DNA of 64,000 bases from NCBI GenBank assembly GCA_963771475.1, contig CAVYTN010000023.1:183349-247348 (forward strand), written 5' to 3'. How positions within the stretch are numbered: position 1 is the first letter of the stretch; every line of letters starts with the position of its first letter. Positions 21,332 to 32,041 of the stretch are shown one piece after another. The notes below the pieces were generated by a model. It did not search any database. It had not been told where the DNA came from and saw only the letters and a program-made list of their open reading frames with translations. Source of the stretch: an uncultured Alphaproteobacteria bacterium. Lineage in GTDB: Bacteria > Pseudomonadota > Alphaproteobacteria > Acetobacterales > Acetobacteraceae. The position numbers and the translations under genes are program-made.

Positions 21332-22656
21332 CAGTGCTTTGTCCTTTGCTCGCTGCCCGCAATCCGATGGCCCGTCCCGGCTTCTGCACCTGGCGCCCGC
21401 GGGCGATGGCCAGGGCGTCCGGGTTCGACATCGTCGGTGATCACGCTGCCGGCGCGATGATAGGCGCCGTCGCCGACCGTGACCGGCGCCACCAGCGCGA
21501 CGTCGGAGCCGATGAAGACATCCGCGCCGATCGTCGTGCGATGCTTGTCGGAGCCGTCGTAGTTGCAGGTGATCGTGCCGGCGCCGATATTGGTGCGTGC
21601 GCCGACCGTCGCGTCACCGATATAGGTCAGATGGTTGGCCTTCACCCCGGCGCCGAGGTGCGACGCCTTGACCTCGACGAAGTTGCCGACATGGACGTCG
21701 TTTTCCAGCACCGCGCCGGGGCGCAGGCGGGCGAACGGGCCGATGATGCTGCCGGGACCGATGACGGCGCCCTCGATATGGCTGAAGGCGCGGATCGTGA
21801 CGTTGGACGCGACCGTCACGCCGGGGCCGAAGAACACGTTGGGCTCGATCGTGACGTCCGCGCGCCAGTTCGGTATCGGCGCGACAGGAACACCGAGGAC
21901 GGATCGATCATCGTCACGCCGGCCTCCATCGCCGCATCGCGCAGCCAGGCCTGCAGCACGGCCTCCGCCGTGGCCAGTTCGGCGCGGGAGTTGACGCCGG
22001 CAAGCTCCGTCCGCCGGCGCTTCGACGGCCGCGCACCGGCCGGCCGTCGGCGCGGGCCAGCGCGACGACGTCGGTCAGGTAGTATTCGCCCTTGGCGTTG
22101 TCGTTGCGCACCGCTTGCAGCCAGCGCGTCATGTCGGCGGCGCCGGCGCACAGCACGCCGGCATTGCACAGGTCGACCGCGCGTTCGGTTTCGTTCGCAT
22201 CGGCAAATTCGACGATCCGCTCCACCATGCCGCCCGCACCGGTGATCACGCGGCCGTAGCGCGCCGGGATCGGCAGGCCGGAACGCGAGCAGCGACAGCC
22301 CCGCCGCTGGGTAACGCCGGTCCAGCAGCCGGCGCATCGTCTCCGGCGCGGATCAGCGGATTGTCGGCGTAGAGCACGGCGACCTGGCCGTCGCCGAAAT
22401 GGTCGACCGCCTGCAACGCGGCGTGGGCGGTGCCCAAGCCGGTCCTGCTGGACCACGCAAATGTGCGGTGCGGCTTCTTGCCGGACCGCATCCATGTCCG
22501 GACCCAGCACGACAACGATCCGGTCGAACACCGTTCGCAGCTTGCAAGCAGGTGACGCAGCATCGGCCGGCCGGCGAGACGGTGCAGCGTCTTCGGCAGC
22601 GACGATTTCATCCGTGTGCCCAGCCCGGCGGCCAGGATGATGGCGGTTGCTTGCAT
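21331..22656 (-). CDS. glmU: Bifunctional UDP-GlcNAc pyrophosphorylase / glucosamine-1-P acetyltransferase, frameshifted
   Basis: [57 protein letters not shown]. Confidence 0.95.
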
Positions 22657-22763
22657 GATCGGTCCCGGCTGCCTACGGTTCCGGCGTAGCGGCGGCGGAT
22701 GAAGCCGCGTCAATGTCTACCGTTATGGGACTGGTTCAATTCACGTTTCGGAGTGCTTCACTA

Positions 22764-23542
22764 GTGCCGCGAACCCTGCTGCTGGATCTCGACGGCACGC
22801 TGGTCGATACGGTTCCGGACCTGGACGGCGGCGCTGAACCGGCTGATGGACAGCCGCGGCCTGCCTCCGTTCACCGAGGCCGAGGTGCAGGCGATGGTCG
22901 GCGACGGCGTGGCGGCCCTGGTCGCCAAGGCATTCACCGCTCGGCATGATGTCCCAGACCCCGCGGCGGTCGGCGATTTCGTCACGGATTACGAGGCGAA
23001 TGTCGCGGTCGACAGCCGCTTGTATCCTGCGGTCGCCGAGACGCTGCGCGCGCTGGCCGCCGACGGATGGACCCTGGCGGTCTGCACCAACAAACCCGAG
23101 CGCGCCGCTCGGTCGCTGCTGGCGACGCTGGGGCTGATGCCGCTGATCGCAGCGGTCGGCGGCGGCGACAGCTTCCCGGTCCCGCAAGCCCGATCCGGCG
23201 CATCTGCTGGCGACGCTGGGACTGGTCGACGGCTGCGCGGAGCGGGCGGTCATGCTGGGCGACCACCATAACGACGTTGTGTCCGCGCGAGGGGCGGGCG
23301 TTGCCAGCATTTTCGCGTCCTGGGGCTATGGAGCGCCGGGGATGGCGGATGGATGCACCGCTGTCGCGGGGGATATCCGGGAAGCCGCGTCCATTGCGGC
23401 GGCGTCCGACTGCGTGCCCCGGTCGAGCCTGAACCTGGCCCGCGATTTCAGCCGAACTGCGGCGAAACGAGGGTTGCTGCGGGCATACCCGTCACGATTT
23501 TCGTTTTGCCGTGATTGGAGTAGCCTCGCGCCATACGAATAA
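22764..23542 (+). CDS. gph: Phosphoglycolate phosphatase-like HAD hydrolase, frameshifted
   Basis: LLDLDGTLVDT, VCTNKPE, GGDS..RKPDP, MLGD..NDV; divergent from glmU; 3' end uncertain. Confidence 0.8.
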
Positions 23543-23554
23543 CTGGAGGGAACG

Positions 23555-24355
23555 ATGGACTTCACCGGCAAGGTTGCCCTGATCACGGGCGGCGGCAATG
23601 GCATCGGGCGCGCGGTCGCCTCGGGTTTTGCGACGCGCGGAGCGAAGGTCGTCGTGGTCGATCGCGACCAGGCGGCCGGCGAGGCAACCGTCGGCATCCT
23701 GCGCCAGCAGGGGTCCGATGCGCATTTCGTCGCCGCGGATGTGACCAAATCGACGGATGTGCAGAACTACGTGAAGGCCACGCTGGACAAATACGGCGCC
23801 ATCGACTGCTTCCATAACAATGCCGGCATCGAGGGCAATGTCGCGCCCACCTGGCAGTATGACGAGGACCTGTTCGACCGCGTCATGGCCGTGAACGTCC
23901 GCGGCGTCTTTCTGGGCATGCGCTACGTGCTGCCGGTGATGATCAAGCAGGGGCACGGATCGGTCGTGAATACGGCGTCGGTCGCCGGCCTCGTCGCCTC
24001 GCCCGGCATGTCGGCCTATGTCGCGTCCAAGCACGCGGTCATCGGCCTGACCAAGACGGCCGCCGGTGAAGTCGGACGGTCCGGCGTGCGCGTGAATGCC
24101 GTCTGTCCGGGGCCGATCGACACGCGCATGATCCATGCGCTGGAATCGCTGCTCAACCCGGATGATCCGGCCGCGGTCGGCAAGCGCTATCAGAACAATA
24201 TCCCGATCGGGCGCTACGGCACCGCCGAGGAGATCGCCAACCTCGTGATCTTCCTGTCTTCGGACCTCGCGGGCAACATCACCGGTGCACAATATGTCGC
24301 CGACGGCGGCCGCTCGGCGACGGGCGGCGCGGTGACGAACAACCTGGTCCGCTGA
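23555..24355 (+). CDS. SDR oxidoreductase (levodione/cyclohexanol dehydrogenase-like)
   Basis: TGGGNGIG, NNAGIEG, YVASKHA, CPGPIDT. Confidence 0.9.
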   Translation: MDFTGKVALITGGGNGIGRAVASGFATRGAKVVVVDRDQAAGEATVGILRQQGSDAHFVAADVTKSTDVQNYVKATLDKYGAIDCFHNNAGIEGNVAPTWQYDEDLFDRVMAVNVRGVFLGMRYVLPVMIKQGHGSVVNTASVAGLVASPGMSAYVASKHAVIGLTKTAAGEVGRSGVRVNAVCPGPIDTRMIHALESLLNPDDPAAVGKRYQNNIPIGRYGTAEEIANLVIFLSSDLAGNITGAQYVADGGRSATGGAVTNNLVR

Positions 24356-25247
24356 TGAAGACCGTCCGCACGCCGGTCCTGGAGATCGCCTATCTGGAAG
24401 CCGGCCCCGCCGACGGGCCGGTGGCGATCCTGCTGCATGGCTGGCCGTCGGACGTGCATGACTATGACGGCGTGGTCGCCCCTCTGGCCGAGGCCGGGAT
24501 GCGCGTGCTGGTGCCGTGGCTGCGCGGCTATGGCGCCACGCGGTTCCTGTCGGCCGACACGCCGCGCAGCGGGCAGCAGGCGGCGCTCGGGGCGGATGTG
24601 CGCGACTTCATGGACGCGCTGGCAATCCCGAGCGCCATCCTGGTGGGCTATGACTGGGGCGGTCGCGCGGCCTGTGTCGTGGCGGCGCTGTGGCCCGAGC
24701 GGGTGCGGGCCTTGGTGGCGATCACCGGATATGGAATTCAGGACATCGCTGCCTCGCGACCGTCCGGCCTCGGCCGAACAGGAGCATCGCTACTGGTATC
24801 AGTGGTATTTTCATACGGAACGAGGCGTCGCGGGGCTGACGCAAAACCGAGCGGAGATCACCCGACTGCTGTGGCGGCTATGGTCGCCGAACTGGGCGTT
24901 CGATGAGGCAACCTTGCAGGCCACCGTGGCCAGTTTCGACAAATCCCGACTTCGTCGATGTGACCATCCAGTCCTATCGCCACCGTTACGGCAACGCGCC
25001 CGGCGATCCGGCCTATGATGCGCTGGAGGCGCAACTGGCGGCGCAACCCCCGATTCCGGCGCCAACGATCATCCTGCACGGTCTCGACGACGGCGTCGGA
25101 CCACCAGCCGGGTCCATGCCGCGCGACCGCCTGTTCACCCATCTGATCGAACGGCGCAACATTCCGCGTGCCGGCCATTTCCTGTCGCGCGAAAATCCCG
25201 CCGATGTGGTTGAGGCCGTGCAGCGTCTGAAGGAGCTTACAGCATGA
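24355..25247 (+). CDS. Alpha/beta hydrolase (epoxide hydrolase-like), frameshifted
   Basis: LLHGWP, LRGYG, GYDWGG nucleophile elbow, GHF. Confidence 0.85.
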
Positions 25248-26128
25248 AGATCGTCCCAAGCGGCCAGACCCTCGGTGCCCGGATCGAAGGCATCGATCTT
25301 GCCAATCCGCTGTCCGACGCCGATTTTCGCACCGCTGCTGCGTGCTCTCGGCCAGCACGGCGTCATTTGCTTTCCCAACCAGACCTTCGGTGTCTCCGGC
25401 CTTCGCCGCTTTCGCCCGCCGCTTCGGCGATCTGGAGGTGAATGTCGCCAACCTGCACTATGAGCAGAACTTCCCCGAAATCATGATCCTGTCCAACATG
25501 ATGAACGCCGACGGCAAGCCGATGGGGCTGAACGATGCCGGCCAGGGCTGGCACACCGACATGTCCTACAGCAAGGACATTGCGCTGGCGAACGTGCTGC
25601 ACGCGCAGAAAGTCCCGATGCGCAACGGCAAATCCCTGGGCGAAACCCAGTTCCGCAACATGCACGCCGCCTATGACGAGCTGCCTGAGGAAATGAAGGC
25701 CAAGCTGGAAGGCCGCACCGCCACGCATGATTTCGAGAAGTTCTGGGAGGTGATGCGCCTCCGCCCCGGGTCCCGCCGCAACAAGCTGACGCCGGAGCAG
25801 AAAGCGCAAGAAGCCGCCCGTGTCGCAGCCTCTGGTGCGCATCCATCCGCTGACCGGCCGGAAAATCCTTTATGCCAATCCCGGCTACACGATGTGGATC
25901 GACGGCATGGACCGGCTGGAAAGCGACACGATCCTGGATTACCTGTTCCGCCATCAGGAACGCGCCGATTTCCTCTATGCGCATCACTGGCAGGAGGGTG
26001 ACGTGCTGATGTGGGACAATATCGGCACCGTGCACAACGCCGTGGCCGACTATATGCCGTATGAACATCGGTATATGCGCCGCGCGCAGGTGATGGCGAC
26101 GCTCGACTACCCTGCCCTGGTCGCCTGA
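25244..26128 (+). CDS. TauD/TfdA Fe(II)/2-oxoglutarate dioxygenase, frameshifted
   Basis: [17 protein letters not shown] (HxD), PLVRIHP.TGRK.LY, W.EGD.LMWDN..TVH. Confidence 0.88.
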
Positions 26129-26129
26129 T

Positions 26130-26858
26130 ATGTCGGGCTTCACTGGCAAACGCATCGTGGTCACCGGCGGCGCCGGCGGAATCGGCGTCGAAACGGTGCG
26201 CGCCTTCATGGACCAGGGCGGCCACGTCATCATGTGCGACCGCGATGACGCCGCCCTGCAGCGCGCGCAGGCGGAACTCGGCAAGGTGCGGCTGGCGCTT
26301 TACCGTTCCGACCTCGATACGCCGGAGGAATGCGCCAAGGTGATCGAGGCAGCGGGTGCGCCGGTCCACGCGCTGGTGCATCTGGCCGGGGTGTTCGAGC
26401 GCGATGCGCTGGACCCCGCCGATCACGGCGTGTGGAACCGGGCGATGGCGGCCAATCTGACGAATGCCTATGACATGGCGGTGGCGTTCTCCACGCGCTA
26501 CGACCAGCGCGAACCGGCGCGCATCGTCTTCGCCAGTTCGATCGCCTATCGGCGCGGCAGTGCCGAGCGGGTGCCGTATGCGGCGGCGAAGGGTGGGATC
26601 GTGGGACTGACGCGGGCCCTGTCGCGCAAGCTGGCGCCGCATGTGCTGGTCAACGCGATCGCCCCGGGCGTGATCGAAACCAGGATGGCCGAACCCATCA
26701 TCGCCGAACGCGGCGAGGACTACCGGAAGGAAATCCCGCTGGGCCGCTTCGGCAAGCCGTCGGAGATCGCGTCCGTGATCCGGTTCCTGTGCTCCTCCGA
26801 CGCATCGTACATCACCGGCCAGACCATCACTGTCGATGGCGGCATCACCAACGCCTGA
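26130..26858 (+). CDS. SDR oxidoreductase (FabG-like)
   Basis: [34 protein letters not shown]. Confidence 0.9.
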   Translation: MSGFTGKRIVVTGGAGGIGVETVRAFMDQGGHVIMCDRDDAALQRAQAELGKVRLALYRSDLDTPEECAKVIEAAGAPVHALVHLAGVFERDALDPADHGVWNRAMAANLTNAYDMAVAFSTRYDQREPARIVFASSIAYRRGSAERVPYAAAKGGIVGLTRALSRKLAPHVLVNAIAPGVIETRMAEPIIAERGEDYRKEIPLGRFGKPSEIASVIRFLCSSDASYITGQTITVDGGITNA

Positions 26859-26872
26859 AGGGAAACGATAAC

Positions 26873-27632
26873 ATGGCGCGTTTAACGGGGAAGATCGCCT
26901 GGGTCACCGGCGCGGGCACCGGCATTGGCGAGGCCGCCGCACTGGCGCTGGCCGAGGAAGGTGCGACGGTCATCCTGACCGGCCGCCGCCCCGGCCCGCT
27001 GGAGGATGTCGCGCGCCGCATCAACCAGACCGGCACCGCGCATGTGCAGCCCGCCGACCTGACCGAGAAGGACCAGGTGCGCAAGGTCGGCGACTACATC
27101 CGCGATACGTTCGGGCGGCTGGATATCCTGGTGAACAACGCCGGCATGAATATCGTCGAGCGGCACTGGGACAAGCTAACACCGGAGAGCATCGATGTGA
27201 TGCTGGCAGGGCAATCTGTCAGGTGCGCTGTATTGCGTGACCGTCGCCCTGCCCTTCATGCGCGCACAGCAGGACGGGTTGCTGATCCATACGGCCTCCA
27301 TGGCCGGGCGGTTCATCGGTGGCGTCAGCGGACCGATCTATACGGTGGCGAAGCATGGCATCGTGGCCATGAGCCATGGGTTGAACATGCAGGAATGCGT
27401 CAACGGCATACGCTCGACGGTGTTCCTGCCGGGCGAAGTGGCGACGCCGATCCTGGATAAGCGACCGAACCCGGTCGGGCCGGAGGTGCGGGCTCGGATG
27501 GTGCAACCGGCGGATTGCGGGGATCTGATCCGGTATATCGCCTGCCTGCCGAAGCATGTGGTGATGAACGAGGTGCACCTGTCGCCGACCTGGAACCGCG
27601 GGTATGTCGCGGCGCTGCAGCGGCAGTTGTAG
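26873..27632 (+). CDS. SDR oxidoreductase, one frameshift
   Basis: TGAGTGIG, NNAG, YTVAKHG, PGEVATPILDKRP. Confidence 0.85.
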
Positions 27633-27669
27633 AGGGGTACAGGCGGGGCGGTTCGCCGATTTAGAGGCT

Positions 27670-28959
27670 CTAAGCCTGTGTGCAAGTTTGCGAGGCTGCA
27701 AGCAGCGTGTATCCGGCGGCGGCCGGCGATAGCGTCGCCATGTATGCCGTATGACTGGGGTTCTCTGATGCAATAACGAGCATATCGGCGCGTGACATGT
27801 TGCCGTAGGCGATCGAACGGATATCCCTCATTTCGACCGAGGCATTTGGCGGAATATGGGCTTCGGCGAATACCGCATGAACGAAGCTGCTGGTTGTTAC
27901 ATCGGCTCCATAGACCGCGCCGTATTGTGGATCCTGCATGAATGTCATGGCGACCTGGGCCAGGGTGCCTCCGCCAAGCAGCATGGTTGATGCCGCATCG
28001 AACTCCGCCTGAGTTGGCGCGCCGCCGAAAGCGACATTTGCCACGCTGAGAAGTTGCGCTTCCTGCGCGCTGGACAGGGTAGGCGTCGAGGTCGGTGTGG
28101 GAGTCGGCGCGGGGGTGGGTGTTGGGGCTGAGGCTAGGGTTGAGGTTGGGGTTGCGACCGGCGTCGGAGCGGGCGCGCCGGCGATGGTATACCCCAGCGT
28201 GTCCAGCAATGTCTGATCCGTCTGCGTCATGACCATTGTCTGGTCGGTGAAACCGTCGCCGAACGCGTCGCTTCTGACCGATGGCGTCCAGTCGCTCGGA
28301 TCACCGACGGTATTGAACGAATCCAAATTGGTCGCGCCACCGTTGATCGAGAAATATGCTGGCGCACCGACGGTGAGTTCATTCACCCCAGGCTGGGCAT
28401 AGCGCATCAGGTCGAGCGGCGAATACCAGCCTGGTGTCGACAGCTGGAGACCGGCGAAGCGACCCAGAGCATGCGTGATCTCGGCCTCCGCATCGCCGAT
28501 GAAGTCGTAAGCCCCGGCGACCGAGCGGCTATTGGGATCGAACGTCCAGTTCTGGGTTGAGCCGAAGCCGATATTCCCATCGACCTCTGTGCCATTGGCA
28601 GGCAAGAGCCCCCAAGCCTTTTGTTGCGCGGCTGTGATGTAGAAATTGCCGCCATTTGTGGGATCTACGGCCGGCATGTTGGCGAGCATGGTCTGATCCG
28701 CGACAGTGGTCGCGCTGGTGGTCAGTGCTGCCTTCAGTTGGGCATAGGTCATGCCAATCCCGCCCTGCTGCGGGCCGCCGGTCGATAGGCTGTCTGGCGG
28801 GATTGGCGCGCCGTTGTCCTCGCCCCAGCCAACCTGGATGTTCACTGTGACGTTGTTGGTGATCAGACTGTCCAGGTAGGCGGCCGCATCGGCGAGGGCT
28901 GTTTTGAAGGCGGTCGGAGCAGACGCCGTGCTGCTGTCATAAATGAAATTAATCTGCAT
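27670..28959 (-). CDS. NF038122-like metalloprotease domain, Pro/Thr linker and DUF4214-like C-terminus
   Basis: MQINFIYDSS...AF...TVNIQVGWGE; QKAWGL; YDFIG..EITHALGR; LDLMRY; YFSINGG; D.SDW; PTPAPTPT linker; AT-rich upstream region. Confidence 0.7.
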   Translation of the reverse strand: MQINFIYDSSTASAPTAFKTALADAAAYLDSLITNNVTVNIQVGWGEDNGAPIPPDSLSTGGPQQGGIGMTYAQLKAALTTSATTVADQTMLANMPAVDPTNGGNFYITAAQQKAWGLLPANGTEVDGNIGFGSTQNWTFDPNSRSVAGAYDFIGDAEAEITHALGRFAGLQLSTPGWYSPLDLMRYAQPGVNELTVGAPAYFSINGGATNLDSFNTVGDPSDWTPSVRSDAFGDGFTDQTMVMTQTDQTLLDTLGYTIAGAPAPTPVATPTSTLASAPTPTPAPTPTPTSTPTLSSAQEAQLLSVANVAFGGAPTQAEFDAASTMLLGGGTLAQVAMTFMQDPQYGAVYGADVTTSSFVHAVFAEAHIPPNASVEMRDIRSIAYGNMSRADMLVIASENPSHTAYMATLSPAAAGYTLLAASQTCTQA

Positions 28960-29221
28960 TTCAGTGCCCTGTTCGCCCTCAGTAGAGCAATGTTGAAGCC
29001 AAATTCCTTTCAAGTTTTATTAAATACACGTCGCTCACTGTTAGGTGTAGAGCGTTGATGAAATCAAAATTTACTTAACTCTTGTGACGAAATTTTCGCG
29101 GAATGTTGCTGTAAAATCCATCAAAATAATACGAAATGGAGTTCGCGCCCCGGGATAGAGGTCCTGTTACAGAGACGGCAGGCGAGCACCAGGTTCGCCG
29201 CAAGCGCGACGGGGACGTCCT

Positions 29222-30721
29222 TCAGGGCGGCGCGCGCAGCCCGTGACCCAGCAGCACAGTCACCGGCGCGAGCACCCGTCCCCGCAAGCGTATCGACGTC
29301 TCCGGCAGCGTATCGACCGACGCGAACCACGGTGCCGCGATTGCCATCGCCCTGGACGGCGAATCCAGCGTCAGGAGCAGCACCGCCTGCCCGGCCTCCT
29401 GCGCGGGCGGATGGGCCAAGCCAAATTCCCGCGCATCGGAACTGAGGCACAGCATGGTCACGCCCGGTCCCAGCGCGTAGCCGAACTTGCCGGCGTCGCG
29501 CCAGTTGAAGGCTGCCGCGATCGTGCCGGGCGGCAGCAGGCCGCTTGATGCCAGGTCGGCGCGAACGGATCGCCAGTCGAGGCCTTCGGCCGTCGGGTCC
29601 TTGCGCAGCAGCGGCGCCAGCCTCGCGCCCAGCCAGTCGAACTGGATCTGTGTGGCGATGACCAGCATCGCGCCCAGCAGCAGCCCCGCCGTGGCGTTGA
29701 CGCTGCGCCGCAGCCAGGGGGCGCCGGCGCGTTCAGCGATGGCCTGGCCCAGCAGCGGGAACAGCATCAGGTAGCCGGGTGCGGCCCAGTGGAACAGGAT
29801 GCGCTGACTGGACCAGAGAGACACCAGCGCGAACAGCACGATCGGCGGGACTGCAAGCCAGGCCAGCAGCCTGTGCTGCCATGGCGCCTCCCGGCGGAAC
29901 GCACCGACCAGCAGCGCCATCATCGGAAGCCAAATCCACGGCAGCACGAACAGCGCCTCGCCCCCCAGCGTTGCCAGAGGCGCCAGGGGATGGAACTGCA
30001 AACCGAGCGCGCGGTCGCCCTGGAAGGCGAAGGAGGCCCAGCCATGGCTGGCGTTCCAGATCAGCACGGGGCTGAAGACGGCCAGGGCGATCAGGATGGC
30101 AACGTAAGGGCCCGATCGCAGCAGATAGCGGCGATGGGCGGGACTGGTCACCAGGTAGAGGAACGCGCCGCCGATCGTCAGCACAGCGGAGTATTTGGAC
30201 AGCAGCGCAAGCCCGGCACAGAGCCCGGCCGCCACCCACCAGCCGAAATGCCATGACGGGTGGGGCGAGGATCGCCGGCCGGGGGCGACCGGGGCGCCGG
30301 ATAAGGCCCGCAGCAGGCAGAACGCCGCGCCGAGCAGGGCCGCGTTCAACGGCCCGTCGGGCAGCACCCAGGTGCCCGAGGTCAGCCCGAACACCGGCGA
30401 CAGGTTCAGCGCCACCGCGGCCCAGAACCCCGCCCGCTCCCCGCCGATACGCCGGCCCATCAGGAAGACCAGCCACTGCGACAGCGCGAACAGCAGGATG
30501 AACGGCAGGCGGACGACGACTTGCGCCTCGGTGCCGAACAACACCGCCGCCCCGTGCGACAGCCACCACGCAACCGGAGGATGGTCGAAATAGCCGAACG
30601 CGAAGGTTCGGCCGGCGGCAATCATATAACTTTCATCGACCCCAAGCCCCGTCGTTGCGGCGAACGCCAGGCGGATCAGCGTCGTCAGCAGGATCAGACA
30701 AACGATAGGGGCCAGCCGCAT
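29222..30721 (-). CDS. Glycosyltransferase family 39/83 (PMT/ArnT-like GT-C)
   Basis: GVDESY, GYFDHPP, PDGPL, GLALLSKY, PVLIWN, HWAAPGY; many TM helices. Confidence 0.88.
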   Translation of the reverse strand: MRLAPIVCLILLTTLIRLAFAATTGLGVDESYMIAAGRTFAFGYFDHPPVAWWLSHGAAVLFGTEAQVVVRLPFILLFALSQWLVFLMGRRIGGERAGFWAAVALNLSPVFGLTSGTWVLPDGPLNAALLGAAFCLLRALSGAPVAPGRRSSPHPSWHFGWWVAAGLCAGLALLSKYSAVLTIGGAFLYLVTSPAHRRYLLRSGPYVAILIALAVFSPVLIWNASHGWASFAFQGDRALGLQFHPLAPLATLGGEALFVLPWIWLPMMALLVGAFRREAPWQHRLLAWLAVPPIVLFALVSLWSSQRILFHWAAPGYLMLFPLLGQAIAERAGAPWLRRSVNATAGLLLGAMLVIATQIQFDWLGARLAPLLRKDPTAEGLDWRSVRADLASSGLLPPGTIAAAFNWRDAGKFGYALGPGVTMLCLSSDAREFGLAHPPAQEAGQAVLLLTLDSPSRAMAIAAPWFASVDTLPETSIRLRGRVLAPVTVLLGHGLRAPP

Positions 30722-30849
30722 GCCGCGCGGTATCGCCGCTTTTGCCTCCCCAGCATAGTCCAGATCGGCATAGCCCGGATCGGCAGGGCTGGCAGGCGGC
30801 CACCAGGAATGCCAGTCTCCCGCCACAGCCAGAATGGAGCCAAGTGCCG

Positions 30850-31923
30850 ATGTCGATCACCGCAAACCTGTTGTCCAGCGCCATGGCCGGCCTCGCCTTC
30901 GTCGGCTGCGGCCTTACGACCACGGCCGCGCCGCCGCCCACCCCTGAAGCACGGCGGCGGGAGGTCGTGGTGAATGGCAAACGGGTGAAGACCATCGACA
31001 TCCACGCCCATTGCATCGTGCCAAAGGCGGCTGCCGTCATCGGCCATCCGCTGGAGGCGCCAGGCCTGCTGATGGATGACACCTCCGTTCGGCTGGCTGC
31101 AATGAATACGCAGGGCATCGACGTGGAGGCGCTCTCGATCAACCCGTTCTGGTATCGCGCCGAACGCGACCAGGCGGCGGAGCTGATCCGCATTCAGAAC
31201 GAGACGCTGGTCGAATTCTGCGCCGCCCATCCTGACCGGTTCGTTGCGTTTGCAACGGCTGCCCTGCAGTTCCCCGACCTGGCCGCTCAACAGGTCGAGC
31301 ATGCCGTCAAGCAGATGGGTTTTCGTGGTGTGAGTGTCGGCGGCAGTGTGGCCGGGCTGGAACTCGCCGATCCGAAATTCCATCCGTTCTGGGCGAAATG
31401 TGAGGAACTCGGCGTGCTGGTGTTCATGCATCCGCTGGGAACACGGGAGCTGGAACCGAGCGGACGGCTGGGCGGAAGCGGGTTGCTGACGAACACGATC
31501 GGCAATCCGCTGGAGACGACGATCGCGCTGTCGCACCTGATTTTCGAGGGCACGCTGGACCGGTTTCCCGGCCTGAAGATCTGCGCCGCGCACGGCGGCG
31601 GCTTCCTGCCGTCCTATGCCAACCGCTCGGATGCGGTGTGCCGGACCTTCCCCGACCGGGTCGGCCCGTTGCCGAAAAAGAAGCCGACGGCGTATCTGCG
31701 CGATGGCCAGCTATTCTTCGATACGATCGTCTTTACGCCCGAAGCGCTGCGGCACCTGATCGCCGAGACGGGTGCGGGGCAGATCATGATCGGCACGGAC
31801 TACCCGTTCCCGTGGACGAGCACCGAGGTCGATCTGGTAATGAACACGCCGGGGCTGACGGATGAGGAGCGGGTGGCGATCCTGGGTGGGACGGCGGCGC
31901 GGTTGATGGGGATAGGAGACTGA
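30850..31923 (+). CDS. Amidohydrolase_2 family (ACMSD-like decarboxylase)
   Basis: IDIHAH, FMHP, AAHGGG, GTDYPF. Confidence 0.88.
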   Translation: MSITANLLSSAMAGLAFVGCGLTTTAAPPPTPEARRREVVVNGKRVKTIDIHAHCIVPKAAAVIGHPLEAPGLLMDDTSVRLAAMNTQGIDVEALSINPFWYRAERDQAAELIRIQNETLVEFCAAHPDRFVAFATAALQFPDLAAQQVEHAVKQMGFRGVSVGGSVAGLELADPKFHPFWAKCEELGVLVFMHPLGTRELEPSGRLGGSGLLTNTIGNPLETTIALSHLIFEGTLDRFPGLKICAAHGGGFLPSYANRSDAVCRTFPDRVGPLPKKKPTAYLRDGQLFFDTIVFTPEALRHLIAETGAGQIMIGTDYPFPWTSTEVDLVMNTPGLTDEERVAILGGTAARLMGIGD

Positions 31924-32041
31924 TACCAGCGGGCGAACGCGTTGACCCATCTGTCATGACCGCCGGCCTCGTGCCGATCACCCACGACTTTCCTTGACCG
32001 TGCCCCGGCGCGGTCGCCATTGCACCGCGGTCATCCCAGCT

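Noticed and set aside
12534-22656. Pseudogenisation or programmed frameshifting of murJ, trpS, glmS and glmU
   Set aside because: These are essential genes with intact motifs and scattered 1-bp indels, with no consistent slippery sites. Sequencing error explains them better.
30742-30849. Overlapping N-terminal extensions of the GT and amidohydrolase ORFs
   Set aside because: Better starts exist at 30721 (-) and 30850 (+). The extensions are low-complexity and include a 15-bp duplication.
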